Part shown: positions 25,901 to 37,915 of the stretch, in pieces | How positions within the stretch are numbered: the first letter of the stretch is position 1 | Layout: every line of letters begins with the position of its first letter | From: Eledone cirrhosa | Lineage: Eukaryota | DNA length: 64,000 nt | Reading direction: 5' to 3' | Assembly: GCA_964016885.1 (NCBI GenBank) | Contig: OZ024744.1 | Span: 64,232,001 to 64,296,000 of the forward strand | Translations under genes and position numbers: made by a program | Notes under the pieces: generated by a model | What the model was told of the DNA's origin: nothing | The model's database searches: none | What the model saw: the letters and a program-made list of their open reading frames with translations, nothing else

Positions 25901-28900
25901 GAAGGTGGTCTAATGAAGTATATATATACAGGCAGTGAAGGTCGTCTAATGTAATATATATATACAGGCAGTGAAGGTCGTCTAATGAAGTATTTAGAGG
26001 CAGCACACTTAGCTACAAAATTCTCTTGTAGTTGTCTCTCAAAAAAGAAGGCATCTGTAGTACTCCTCCCTGCCATAAAACCAAACTGCATCTCATCTAA
26101 TTTGACTTTTTCCCTAATTAGTTATGCAAGAATTCTTTTTGTCACTTTCATAACTTGGTTCATTAGTTTTATTCCCCTATAGTTGCTCCGTTCCAGAACA
26201 TCACATTTTCTCTTGTAAACATTAGTGAATATACTGTACACTGCTGTGCCAGTCATTGGGTATGATCTCATCATGTATTACCTGATTGACTATGGAGGTG
26301 ACTTGTTTAGCTTCTACTTCCCCAGACAATTTCAGTGTCTCAGAAACTATTTCTGATAACTTTTATCATTTTTCATCTCCTATTTTGCTTTTTTGACTCT
26401 ATAACTATCAATTTCAATCGCTGGTACCTCTTTTATGTCAGCTAAAGCTAATCGCTCTTCCTCTCACTCATTTTCCACATCCATCAGCTTCACATAGTCA
26501 CATTTGCAAGCCTCTTTTCTTTGAGCATCAGTGATGCTAAATACAACTGTCATTCTGAACACACTTTTCCACAACATCCTGATACACAGTGACACATTAC
26601 TTTGAAATGTGGAATAGCTCACACATCTGATCCTTATATCAAAGAACGTTGGCAAACTTACTATCAACTTCTCTGCTTGCTATGTACACCTGTCATCTAG
26701 TTTCTCTTTAAGCTACCTGGTATTGATCTTTCCAGCCTTTCTATACCTATCTCTTGGCTATAATGGCTCTATTCACTGAGATGTTCCACCACCAAGTTAC
26801 CTTCTGTCTGGCTTGTGCTTTATTCCAGCCACGAGTCTCATCAGTTGTTCATAGTAGGTTGTCATGTAAGAACTTCCCAATGTCCTCAATATCACATGTA
26901 TTTAACTCCTCCATCCTCTTATATGTATCATGTAGAGCTTTTCTGAATTTGCATTTCCATGTCCTCTTCCAGATTTTCCTGTTCTTCTGTTTTGGGATTA
27001 TTCTGATGTCACTAATAACTAATGTATATTGGGTCATACATTCTTCTCCACAGAAGGACCTGATATTTATAACAACCCATTTATCTCATTTACTAACAAT
27101 TAAGAAGTTAATCTGGCTTGTGCGTTCACTTGATTGGTAGGTGATATGAGGCTGGCTGGTTTCCTGAAGTTAGTGATAATAATAATAATGAAATTATTGT
27201 GTACAACGTTCAGGTGCACTACAACTCATCAAAGGTGCATGTATAGGACATAGAATAATGTACAAATGTCAGGAAAATGAACAGTGTATGAGTCATGAAA
27301 TACATGTGTGTGGGTGTGTATGGAGGGGGCACATTAGGTGTAGTGTTGGCGAATCTCAGGAAGCATGAAGGTTTTAAAGGATGCAGTGTCTCGACAGCTA
27401 ACAAAGGAAGCAGGTAGTTTGTTCAATGCTTCAGCAACTCTGAGCATGGAAAAATGTTTCCGAAACTCATGGGAGCTGTGCTGTTTTCTGACTTTGTAGG
27501 CATGCCGTCATGTGTTAGACAGATGGAAATCCCAAATCAGGGTTGTGTTGGTAAGATGGTTAATAATTTTGTGGGTGTTTACCAAGTCAGTTGCCAGATG
27601 TCGGAGCTTCAATGTATGCATGCCCAGGGAAGCAAGGCATTCAGAGTATGGTAGATGCCTGATGGAGGGTATTCGCTTGGTTGCACTTCTTGAACAGTTT
27701 CCAGGCGGTCAATGTTCTGAGCAAGATAGGGGTTCCAGACTGGTGATGCAAATTCTAAGTGTGGCCGTACCATAGCTATATACAGCTTTAAATAGATAGC
27801 TGCAGAGTGGCTGACAAAAGTCTTGCTGAGTGATGCTAAGACACCCTCGGAATTCTTGACAATTTTAGAGATGTGCTTTGTCCAACGCAAATCGCTGCTG
27901 ACCGTAATGGTCACGTTTACAAGAAGACTTCTTGATATTAGTGTTGTGGAGGGAGTATGTGGACGCTGGGTTTTTACTCCCAAAATGCATGGTGGTACAC
28001 TTGTCCACAGCTAGCTTGAGTTGCCAGTCTGTGATCCATTGTTGCATTGTGTCCAGGTCAGATTGCAGGCAAGATCTATAGTGTTCAGGATCTGTCCTTT
28101 TTATCTCAAGGTACAGCTTGATGTCATCTGCATATTTCAGTACTGTGGCATTCTTTAAGTTGGCATCTATGTCATTAATATATGCCACAAACAAAAGGGG
28201 GCCAAGAACAGATTCCTGTGGTACACCAGATGATATCTTATATGGTGAGGAATGCTGTCCTAGAACCGTGACTACCTCTCTTCGACTGAGAATGAAGGAC
28301 TTCAACCAGTTAAAAAGATCATCCTTCACACCCATTGCAGAGAGTTTTGCCATAAGCCTTTTGTGTGTCACAGAATTGAAAGCTCTAGCAAAGTCAAGGT
28401 AAACAACATCCACCCATGAGCCGCCATCAGTGATCCGGGTGAAACTCGATAAGTTGATCACAGCAGCTGGAGTTAGGGATAAATACAAATTGCGAGGGCC
28501 GGATAAGACTGTGAGAGTTCCAGAAGGTCCAAAGCGTTTCTCTGACACAGGATTCCATCAGTTTGGCAATGCAGCTAGTAAGACTGACTGGACGATAGTT
28601 CACAGGTGATTTGCAGTCACCCTTTTTGAACAGAGGAATGACACTGGCAGTTTTCCTCTGTTCTGGAGTAGCACCATTGTTCAGACAGAATTGGAAGAAG
28701 CATGATAGCTGGTGCAGAAGGGAGTACCCACCACATTTGAGAAGCAGGTACGTAACACCACCAAGACCAGGAGAGGCATGGTTGTGTTTATTTTTAAGGC
28801 GACGTCGCAGCATTGCACGTGTAAATTCCATAGTTGTAATAGAGTCCGATGTCAGAGGTGGTGGAGACGGTACACTCTGGTCTTCAATAGTGAAAATGCC

Positions 28901-31089
28901 TGCATAGCATTCAGCAATGGGCTCTGCGCATTCCTTGGGGTCGTCAGTAATCTGGCTTGTGTGGGGATTGCAAAGAGCACCAACTGGAGAGTGAGGCCTC
29001 TGCTTTGAGTGAACATACTTCCAAAACACCTTACTGTCAGGGCTGGTTGCTATGCACTGCTCAAATTGAAGCACTGCTTTTTTTGTCACCTGTTTGAGAT
29101 GGTTGGATGATTTATTTCGCTTCTTCCTATTGATATCTGATTTATGCAGTTTGTACTCACGTTCAGCATTACGACATTCTTTTATGGCAAGATGGACTGC
29201 TGCAGTCTCCCAAATTGCACTTTTGGGATATTTTTTCTGTTTACATGGCACCGATGCTGCACATGCTGTCCATATTGAACTCAGGATGTTCTGGAGTACA
29301 GTGTTGACATCTCCAGAGTTGTAGAACTCAAGCCAGTTTGGATGTTGCAACTCGGTGCAGTAACAGTTCCAGTCTGCTTTATTCCAGTCAAAGTGAGCAG
29401 TTTGGAGATGGTTGTGGTTTTTCTTACTGCCCATAAGGGATAGATTGGCAATGATCATAGCATGATCAGAGTCACCTAAAGATTCCTCAGTAGTAACACT
29501 AATAACCGTTTCAGGAGTAGTGGTGAAGAGTAGGTCCAAAGTGTTGTCACCTCTTGTTGGGGAGGTGACCTCTTGGGACCAGTTCGAGTCCAGCACTAGC
29601 TCAAGGAAGTCATTTGCACTTGGGGGCCAACGAAAGGTTTCCCAGTCAATCTCAGGGTGCCCATGTTTCCGTGACTGTAATGAAGTCAGGATTGATACTT
29701 TTGACGTAGGAGTCAAAAAGATGAATCTTATTCCATAGACTACGTTCATTCAAGGACAACAATTTGTACCTTGATTCCAGTCTATGATTATGTGAAGGGG
29801 ATGGCATGTTGTTTGATTTAGTTTCCCAGAATTTTTTCCGTTTTTTTATTGTCAGTTGTTGTGGGTACAGTGTTTTCAGACCAGCTGGTATCTATTTTCC
29901 ATGTTTCACCATTACAAAACATTCATCCACTTGTCTCTTCTCAATTTTTCCAGATTTACTTTTCAGTGTACCCACATTGAGAGTGGTAGCTCTGAGATGA
30001 GTTACCTGACAGAGGTGATTAGGTTGTCTATTGGTAGTAGTTCTCTGTACTTGAAAGGGAATATGGTTGAGTGAATGCTTGATGACAGTTGAGGGGTTCT
30101 CACACATGGCTAGGTTAGCTGCCTCACTACTGCGCACAGTATTAACATCATTAGTGTTAGCCCTGTAGATCTTCAGCCTTTTCTTCCCCCAAAATATTTT
30201 AAATAATACACAACTCCACTACATCAATGTCCTAGCTAATAGCAGGTTTAAAGAGAAACTTACCTATCTCCCCAGCATCAACCAGCCTACATACCCCCAA
30301 AACAGATAGAAAAAGATAACATGGTTCCCAGCCACTTTTTTTTCCAAGTGTTAAGACCAGTTTAGGTGAACAACTTTTAACTCTATTAGATAAACACTTC
30401 CCTGGCAACAATAGATATAAGGAAATATTTAATAGAAAATGTGTTAAAGTTGTCTGCTCTTGTCCCACAATATGAAATTATACATCATCAGTAAACCTGC
30501 CAAGCTTAACACATTGGTTTATTCCTGTACAATGCCTATGACAGGTTCAAAAGACCAAGGATGTACTGTGGAATCTATTGTGTATGAGGCAGAAGTCACC
30601 CCGATCATACTTAACCAATGGAGATAAAGCCCTATATAAGTATGACTAAGTTTAAATTTAAAGAGTAGTTCTTTAGCCACAAAATATCTTGACGATATGT
30701 GGACAAACAAAATGCCACAAAATTACCCCACCATACATGGAAGCTGAAAAGTCATAATGTTGGATATACAATTGAATGGAAAATCTAGAGATACACACCA
30801 TACACATATGAATCTAAAAAATGTCATCCAATTTACCCCATAGGGGTAAATTGAACTCAGAATGAAAGCCAACATATTCACTCCTCTTACTTTACAAATC
30901 TGCTTTCTATATTAAAAATTTGCATAAATTTGAACTCTTCTGCAAAATTGCATTCTCTCCACATCTTTTGATAATCTAATTACAATACAATTTTTTCTCT
31001 TTGTATATGTAGGTTCCCGAGTTGTGTTGGAAGAGGGGGAGGGACCACATTCCTAATGATTTCATATGAATGAAACAGTCCTGTAGAAG

Positions 31090-31145
<56 letters not shown>

Positions 31146-31164
31146 AATTGTGTGTGTGTGCACG

Positions 31165-31196
<32 letters not shown>

Positions 31197-31532
31197 AGTT
31201 GCCAACCCATACCATAAAGCAGTCCCCCAGGATCCATGACAAAATACCCAGTCCACACTATAAAGTGGTGATGTAGGTGTCATGACTAAAGCACCCAGTA
31301 CACACTGTAAATGTGGTTGGCATTAGGAAAGGCATCCAGCTGTAGAAACCAAGTCAAAATCAGTTCTGTATGAGCGAAACATAGTCCTACGACCTGCTCT
31401 CTCACAAAGGGACAGCTCGTCCTACCCATGCTAGCTTGGAAAATGGACATTAAACGATGATGATGAGAGAGAGAAAGACATTCTGAATCCTATTCACTTG
31501 TTTCTATATGCATCATAAATCATGCTACATTC

Positions 31533-31573
<41 letters not shown>

Positions 31574-33339
31574 CATATCTATCTCTCTGTTATAAATCAT
31601 ATTCCTCACTCTGTGTTATATATCACATTATATTTATTGACAGTTATCGTCTTTCCTTTCTCATATAATAATTGTTGGTTAATCTCTTTAAATTTATTTC
31701 CCATTCCAGATATTTTGCTTTATATAAAGGTTTAGTTCCTAAAGTTCTACGACTTGGACCAGGTAATTGAAACATTCTTTCATATTTATATTACTAACCA
31801 TATTGCTTACCTTATATCTTCAAAGTAGATATATAACAGTTTGTTGTGTAATCTAAAATGGCTAAAATGACTCTTCCCTAATTTAATTGTTTCAGTTATT
31901 GATAGACAGACAGGCAGATAGATAGGTAGATAGATAGGCAGATAGATAGGTAGATAGATAGGCAGATGGATAGACAGGCAGGCAGGTAGATATTGATGCT
32001 TTTACTAGGGCACTTAACACACAAAGGAGTCAGAAAGGCACCCTCATTCCATTAGCATCTAAATCTGGTCGACACAATCCCTCACTAGGTCTAACCTCAA
32101 GTGATTTCTTCCAGAAACGAAACAATCCATCAGTCTATCCATTCATCCACTCACCTTCAGCTTGATGGGCATGGGTGAACAAAGAAGATTGTTGTCATTG
32201 TTTAGTCTCAGGTTATTCCTGACTGAATTGTAGTTTGACAAGGACGATTGTTTTGTTTTTTTTGTTTAACCCTAGGTTTGCCTTAACTGAGCAGATATCT
32301 GATCAAAGGCATTCCACTCATGACCATTTTGTCTTTTAGTAAAGACAGCTAGGTGTGATTCAGTAGCCATTTTGCTGTTAAATTTTTTAGCAACCATGGA
32401 GAAGTTGCATCATTTGGTTATTGTAGGCTGATGGATGGATGAATGATTTACTTGTTTGTTTCTTTATTTATTGAGACTAATACTTAATATCCTGGATTGA
32501 TTTTAGAACAGGTACCCGGATTTTCTTGTATGTTGTAAGATACAACTAAAATGGTTAGCATCAGGAAGGGCACCTGGCTGTAATACATTGCCTTAAAATC
32601 TCCTGTCCACCCCATACCATTATGACCTTTTGTATCATTATTTCAGTATTTTGAAATTTTCAGTTGTGTCTTAAGGTTGTTTAAAGTATAATACTCGAAC
32701 ACTGTGATAAGAATAATAATATAGTAAATTAGTGGTACTCAAAAGGGGTACCGGAAGGCAAGGGGTGGCTGGAAATCAAGGAGTGGAGAGAGGAGAAAAA
32801 AGCAAAGGATACAAATTTGTATTGTTTATAAAAGTCTCGCCTTTAGTCATTCAATAAAGGTTTAAATAAAAATATTAAAACATTAAAATTTAATTTTCAG
32901 TGTGTGATTTTGATCAACCTTATAGAGGGGTGGTGGGGTGCTGATCAAATATATTCTCTAAAAACGTTTTAATAATTATATAGCATAATAATTGTTACTA
33001 CTTTTGGCACAAGGCCAGCAATTATTCCAGTGTATTACTGGTACTTTATTTTATCGACCCCGTAAGGATAAAAGGCTAAGTTAACCTCGGCAGGATTTGA
33101 CCTCAGACCATAAAGGGCCGTAACTCTTTGCTGCAAAGCATGGCGTCCGACCCTCTACCTATACTGCCAATCCACCGCTTTTATAGCATAATAATAATGA
33201 TAACAATAATCTTTAAATATATACAAATAAATTGAAAGCATAATTAATTACTGTTCATCATCTTTTTTTTTTTTCAGGTGGTGCTATAATGATGATTGTC
33301 TATGAACATGTCTTTGAATGGTTGAGGAAAAAAATCTAA
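16797..33339 (+). CDS. SLC25A21: Mitochondrial 2-oxodicarboxylate carrier (SLC25A21/ODC), spliced and 5'-partial: join(16797..16929,18126..18255,19332..19439,20460..20624,21046..21227,31710..31762,33278..33339)
   Basis: Seven exons with canonical AG/GT boundaries and consistent phases give one open frame of about 277 aa ending in TAA. It carries carrier signatures HPLDLIKTRFQ, NPFEVVKVKLQ and IPFDVAKSRIQ, plus ODC-specific segments ETPKRA, GRHGVFNMIYF, GPQPIPGEVKY and RLGPGGA, which match vertebrate SLC25A21 as I recall it. The N-terminal ~20 aa exon was not found. Confidence 0.95.
18126..18255 (+). CDS. SLC25A21: SLC25A21 coding exon (MLGFYKGILPPLLAETPKRATKFFAFERYKNLFAYGGHIPHPM)
   Basis: tttcag acceptor, gtaagc donor, phase matches the previous exon. 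Confidence 0.95.
18310..18541. mobile_element. TTAA-flanked MITE family 3 (related pieces at about 15310-15500 and 36010-36690)
   Basis: ttaactcttaacat ... atattaaaagttaa imperfect TIRs; shared internal sequence. Confidence 0.5.
19332..19439 (+). CDS. SLC25A21: SLC25A21 coding exon (VLTLAGLFSGLTEAVIINPFEVVKVKLQAERNQVKQ)
   Basis: cctag acceptor, gtaagt donor, 108 nt phase 0, second carrier motif. Confidence 0.95.
19830..20165 (-). mobile_element. tRNA-headed SINE with the same head and central domain as 16378-16720 but a different 3' part
   Basis: 20020-20160 aligns with 16575-16720; 19860-19935 aligns instead with 42500-42580. Confidence 0.7.
20460..20624 (+). CDS. SLC25A21: SLC25A21 coding exon (QSNTIATAREILKTHGFGSKGLNKGLTSTLGRHGVFNMIYFSLYHNVKNSLPETE)
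   Basis: aacag acceptor, gtaaaa donor, 165 nt phase 0. Confidence 0.95.
21046..21227 (+). CDS. SLC25A21: SLC25A21 coding exon (DKFFEFLRKFFIGFISGVLGSCVNIPFDVAKSRIQGPQPIPGEVKYRQCFQTIGLIYKEEG)
   Basis: Poly-T plus cag acceptor, gtaaga donor, third carrier motif. Confidence 0.95.
21255..25992. repeat. 34-bp minisatellite, about 139 copies (gtatatatacaggcagtgaaggtggtctaatgaa), inside the SLC25A21 intron
   Basis: Directly visible tandem array with variant units (cagtg/ttgta/ttata; gaa/gta). Confidence 0.98.
25993..27172 (-). mobile_element. Older degenerate RTE LINE (endonuclease C-terminus to RT N-terminus)
   Basis: Minus-strand translation QFGFMAGRSTTDAFF..QLQE; ITNFRKPAS and ITYQSS endonuclease remnants near 27130-27170. 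Confidence 0.75.
27173..29665 (-). mobile_element. CR1-clade LINE, 5'-truncated, with an (ATT)n tail and frameshifts
   Basis: APE motifs HPEIDW, PTRGDNTLDLLFT and SDHAMI; RT motifs NYRPVSLTS, VDVVYLDFARAF, SGVPQESVLGPLLF and YADDIK; VRPHLEFASPVWNPY; aataataat tail at 27175. 3' fragments of the same family lie at about 36110-36420 and 37075-37210. Confidence 0.92.
29666..30140 (-). mobile_element. RTE endonuclease N-terminal fragment, probably the 5' half of the RTE at 25993-27172
   Basis: HLRATTLNVGTLKSKSG...RQVD matches the RTE start at 63876. Confidence 0.65.
30230..31090 (+). mobile_element. Penelope-like element 3' fragment (linker plus GIY-YIG endonuclease, decayed)
   Basis: + strand translations RKITWF, LLDKHFPGNNRYKEIFNRKCVKV, CTVESIVYEAEVT, PYISMT..FKE and WKLKSHNVGYTIEWKI resemble the Penelope-like consensus (IIWFNPP, DKHFP..IFNRNT, IVYKA, YIG.T..FK.R). 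Confidence 0.8.
31710..31762 (+). CDS. SLC25A21: SLC25A21 coding exon (YFALYKGLVPKVLRLGP)
   Basis: ttccag acceptor, gtaatt donor, phases 2 and 1 fit both neighbours. Confidence 0.93.
32990..33180 (-). mobile_element. tRNA-derived SINE (subfamily with gagttacggccc)
   Basis: Reverse complement aligns with the 46531-46719 copy. Confidence 0.85.
33278..33339 (+). CDS. SLC25A21: SLC25A21 last coding exon (GGAIMMIVYEHVFEWLRKKI*)
   Basis: Poly-T plus cag acceptor; TAA at 33337-33339; matches the ODC C-terminus GGAVMLLVYE. Confidence 0.94.
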
Positions 33340-34039
33340 TTTTAAATTTACATTCTAAATATTTTTTAATAATGATTCTCAGAGACAATTTATTAAAAAA
33401 AAAAGATGATTAATATATTTCCCTTTTCAGCGAATCTTTAGATGCAAATTCCATCATGTCAGTATATTCCGCTACTGCTACATAAGGATTATTTTACCTG
33501 CGAACGGGAGATAATCACCTATTAATGGGAGATAATCACATGCCAGGGTGAGATAATTACGTGTGAAGGTAAAATAATTATATGCCAAGGGGGAATAATT
33601 ACATGACTGGCGTGATTACAAGGGAGGCAATCAAATGGCTGGGATAATAACTTGATAAAACTGTTTGTACCCCTTCTCCCAATATATATATATTTTTTTT
33701 CAAATTTAAACACTCGATCAATTTCTTGACATTGTTTAGTGTCTCAGGTATCTTTTGTTGCGATTTTTCACTGTAACTTTTCATAAAAATTGGGAAATAT
33801 TTTGAAAGAGTCTGTAATCTTTATAAAAATTTTAAAAAATCACTAACTGAAACAATCACATTAGTGAAGAGTCATTTTAGCCATTTAAGATTATGTGACA
33901 AACTGCTATGTTGACTTTTCAATTACTTCGTGAGGTGGTAAAATTTTCATCAGATCACCACAGTGACCATGACACTGTATGGTATGGTATGGACTAGTAA
34001 CTCCCAAGGAGTCATAGGGGTGCCATATTGACATATGGT

Positions 34040-34315
34040 GTTTCTAGGGCATTTTTTAAACCTGCCAGAGCTCATCTCTTCACAAGTCTGAATACAGTAG
34101 ATTTCTTTCAGAGAAGGATAGAGTGAGTGAGAGAAAAGAAGTAAGAAAGAGATATAGAGGAAGAATCGATCCCAGTACTTGACTGGTACTTTTTTTATCG
34201 ACCATGAAAGGCAAAGTTGACCTCGGCGGGATTTGAACTCAGAGAGCAGTGAGCCAAAATGAATACTACAAATCATTCTATCCGACGTTCTAACGACTCT
34301 GCCAATTCACCGCCT
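34040..34315 (-). mobile_element. tRNA-derived SINE with a longer 3' part (related to 42962-43290 and 2990-3300)
   Basis: ggcggtgaattggcagagtcgttagaacgtcgg head and gagttcaaatcccgccgagg B box on the minus strand. Confidence 0.75.
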
Positions 34316-36799
34316 TCCATGACACGGAGATGCAACAAAAATTTTAACACTATGAAATAACTGAAAAGTAGTTATAACAATTTGTTATGTTCTTAAACAG
34401 CTAAAATGGCTCTACCCATTTCAACAAATTATCTCAGATCAGGTCATTTACCTTAGGAATGCAACTTGGAAACCAATAAGATACAGTTAGACCAATCCAT
34501 ACATATGTTTCTCCTTCTTAGAGCATTTTTCTACTAAACGTTAACAATTAAGCAAGGTGTATATAAAGGCATATACGATATGTTTATGTATCATAAAGAT
34601 TCTTGTGTTGATTATATAACTAGCATGCTAAAGATTCTTGTGTTGATTAATCTTTAGCATGCTAGTTATTTTTATGAGTTGTTTCCCTTGTGACTGCATT
34701 ATCTATTAAGGGGACATTACTCTTATGGTGCATTTTGTCGCCTGTAGCATGCTGAAGGTTATACATGAACCTATAATATATACCTCCATATACACCTTAA
34801 TTATATACCCCACTATGTTAGTGCTACAGCTAATTAACTATTAAATATATTTTGAAATTTTAATTTTTCCAAACTCTTCATTGACTAAAAAAAATCTTCC
34901 CATATTAGTTACAAATTATAGTATACAAAATGAAGCTTTGTAATTTAATGTTGAATATCAGTTGCTTCAAATTCACCATCCTTGGAGAGCCTACAAAAAC
35001 TATGGGTACATCCTCACATAACTTCTAACATATAACAGATCTTTTTCAAGAAAGGTGCATTTCATTCAGTTGATATGTTAGAAATAGCAGACAATTCTTC
35101 CACAAATCCTACATTATTTTCCTATTCGTACATATTTCTGAAAAGACAGAATAGTCATTTCCAGATTGCAGCCATAGGTTTACTTGGATCTAAAACAAAA
35201 CAATAGCAACAACAACAACTGTTTTTTTTTTTATTGACCCTGCAATTATGAAATAAAAAGCTGACTTTAGTAGGATTTGAATTCAGAATGTTAACTGATC
35301 TCACACACACATAGACGCATTGTGAGTCTATCACAAACACACACACACATAGACGCATCAACTGATGTAACTAAATACTTTTAAGGGACTTTGACTATTG
35401 TTATTCTGATTCAGCTATCAATTGTCTTTTTTTGACAAAATAATTATATATAAGATGAATAATTGAAAAGAAAAAATAATCCTAAAATTTCATTGTTTAA
35501 CTTTATTGATTTGATAAAAACTAAAATAAAAAGATATTTTATTAAAAGTGTCTCATTAATAAGTTAATAAGTATATTTGCTGCAGGAGATGGCTGAAAAG
35601 CCTAACCCTAATTCTTTGATTGTGTTATTTGTATCATTTTTATCGATGATCTCTTTTTAACCCCTCCAGTGCCACAGACGAGATAACTCATCCTAACATG
35701 TTTGAACTCGTTTCCAACAGTTCATAACTTAAAAGCTAGATAGGGTTACTAGTTTATTGATGTGATGTTTGTCAATCAAAATAGACATTTTATTGAAAAA
35801 AAAAAAAAAAACTGGCACAGCAACTGTAGCTGTGTAAAATATATGCAGCAGTCAACAGGTTAAAGAGAAGGCTGCTAGGTCAAGTTCTTCTAAATGCGAG
35901 AAAAGCATCCACTAGATGTTTCTGGGCATATCTGATGTGGTCATATACATGATCTGGTCAATGATAATTACAAAGAGAAGATGCAGTCTTACCGTACGCC
36001 TGGTTTCACTTAACTCTTAACATCCTGTAATGTCTTAGCAGAAAACATCTTTAAAAACTGAGTTGGTTAATTGAAACGTTGATAGTATATTTAGTAGTTG
36101 ACAAATTATAATAATGAAAATTATTGTATAGTGTGTTCAGGTGCACTACAACTCATCAAAGTTGCATGTATAGTACATGAAATAATGAACAAATGTCTGA
36201 AACGTGAACAGTGTATGAGTCATGATATACACACAGATACATGCGTGTGTGTGGAAGGGGGAATATCAGGTGTAGTGTTGGTGAATTTTGGTAAGCATGG
36301 AGGTTTTGAAGGATGCAGTGTCCTGACAGCTAACAACTGATTTTGTAAGCATGTCCATGATTGTTAGACTCATGGAATTCTAAAAGGTGCTCAGGGTTGT
36401 TGTTGGCATGATGGTTAATAATTGTTGTGAGGCAAGATGGTTAATAATTGTTGTGAAAATTTGCAGTATTCGTGTAAATACTTTAATTTTTAATGTGATG
36501 CAGTCATAATACTGTTTTATACTTTTCAAAAATGTCTTTTTGATGTGATTACATATGATTTGTTAATTCAAATGTTTAAAATATTATTACTAGTGGACGG
36601 ATCATTATGAAAATTTGCAGTATTAGTGTGAAAACTTTATTTTTTAATGTGATGCTGTTTTGTATGTATTTAAAAATGTGTTACTAATGCAGTGTCTTGT
36701 TTGTAAAAAAAAAAAAAAAGGCCTTAACGTCAGTAAAAAAACCCATAAATTATATGCATAAACTCCAACAACCCTGCACCTATTACTGACAATGGTGAA

Positions 36800-37915
36800 C
36801 TACTACACTATTTGAATGTCATTACATACCTAGCAAAGTTGAGAGGACAAAATAGACAATCAAGTAAAGCTTAAAGCTCATGAAGCAGTCACAAGACTTC
36901 ATTTTATCTTGAAGTCTAGGTGATACATTTTTATGACTATGACTATGACAGGACTCTATAACAGCAGAGTTAGATATACTCTAATTTATGGGTAAGTAGT
37001 AAAAGAATAAGGGTGGTGAATTGGCAGAGTCGTTAGAACATCAGATAGAATGCTTTGTGGTATTCATTCTATATAATAATAATAATAATAATAATAATGA
37101 AATTATTGTGTACAGTGCTCAGGTGCACTACAACTCATCAAAGGTGTATGTATAGTACATAGAATCATGTACAAATGTCAGGAAAATAAACAGTGTATGA
37201 GTCATGATATAATAACAATAACAATAATGATTTTCAAATCCCACCGAGGTCAACTTTGCCTTTCATCCTTTCAAGGTATTAAAAAAATAATACTCGTCTA
37301 GTACTGGAGTCAATTCTTCTCTCTCTGGAAGAAATCTGATGTACTCGAGCCTGGAGAGGGATGGACTCTGCCAGGTTTAAAATGTTCAAGAAACACTGTG
37401 TACGGTGCCCCTACAACTCTAAGGTGTTACAGGACCATACATAGTAAAAGGACATATGAATAATATAGAGGTACCTGAGAAAAATCTGCTGCTGCATCTT
37501 TTGGCCCAACAAAGTGTACTATAAACCTAGTTACAATAGTATGGTCTTGGAAACAAAACGCTGACATGAATAAGATCAGGTGCCTGAGAAAAATTTGCCA
37601 CATCCTCTGGTCCTAAAACATGTCAATTGATGAGGTACTGCAAAACTAATTGTAGTGATATGATTCTTAAAATAAAACATCAGTGGCTCAGAAGGATATG
37701 CCATGCATGCAGAATGGATCAAGACAAGATACCAAAAGTAGTAAGCATTAAGATGGATACCTCCTGGAAAGTGGAAGCCTGGATAGCCAAAGAACAGCTG
37801 AAGGTGAACTGAACTGACAAAAATGTATGTTATGAGGGGTAAGGCACAGATAGTTGTTAAAGACTGGCGTGAATGGCATTAAAATGCAGAAGCTGTATTT
37901 CCCTATCAGAAAAAA
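36800..37915 (+). mobile_element. Degenerate RTE-type 3' fragment interrupted by a SINE (about 37010-37440) that itself contains a CR1 3' tail
   Basis: RVRYTLIYG near 36965; WLRRICHACRMDQDKIPKV near 37685; SINE head at 37012 resumes at about 37235 after the CR1 tail. Confidence 0.5.

Noticed and set aside
21255-25992. 34-bp, 40-bp and 49-bp arrays as CRISPR arrays
   Set aside because: Units are contiguous with no unique spacers, there are no cas genes, and the context is eukaryotic.
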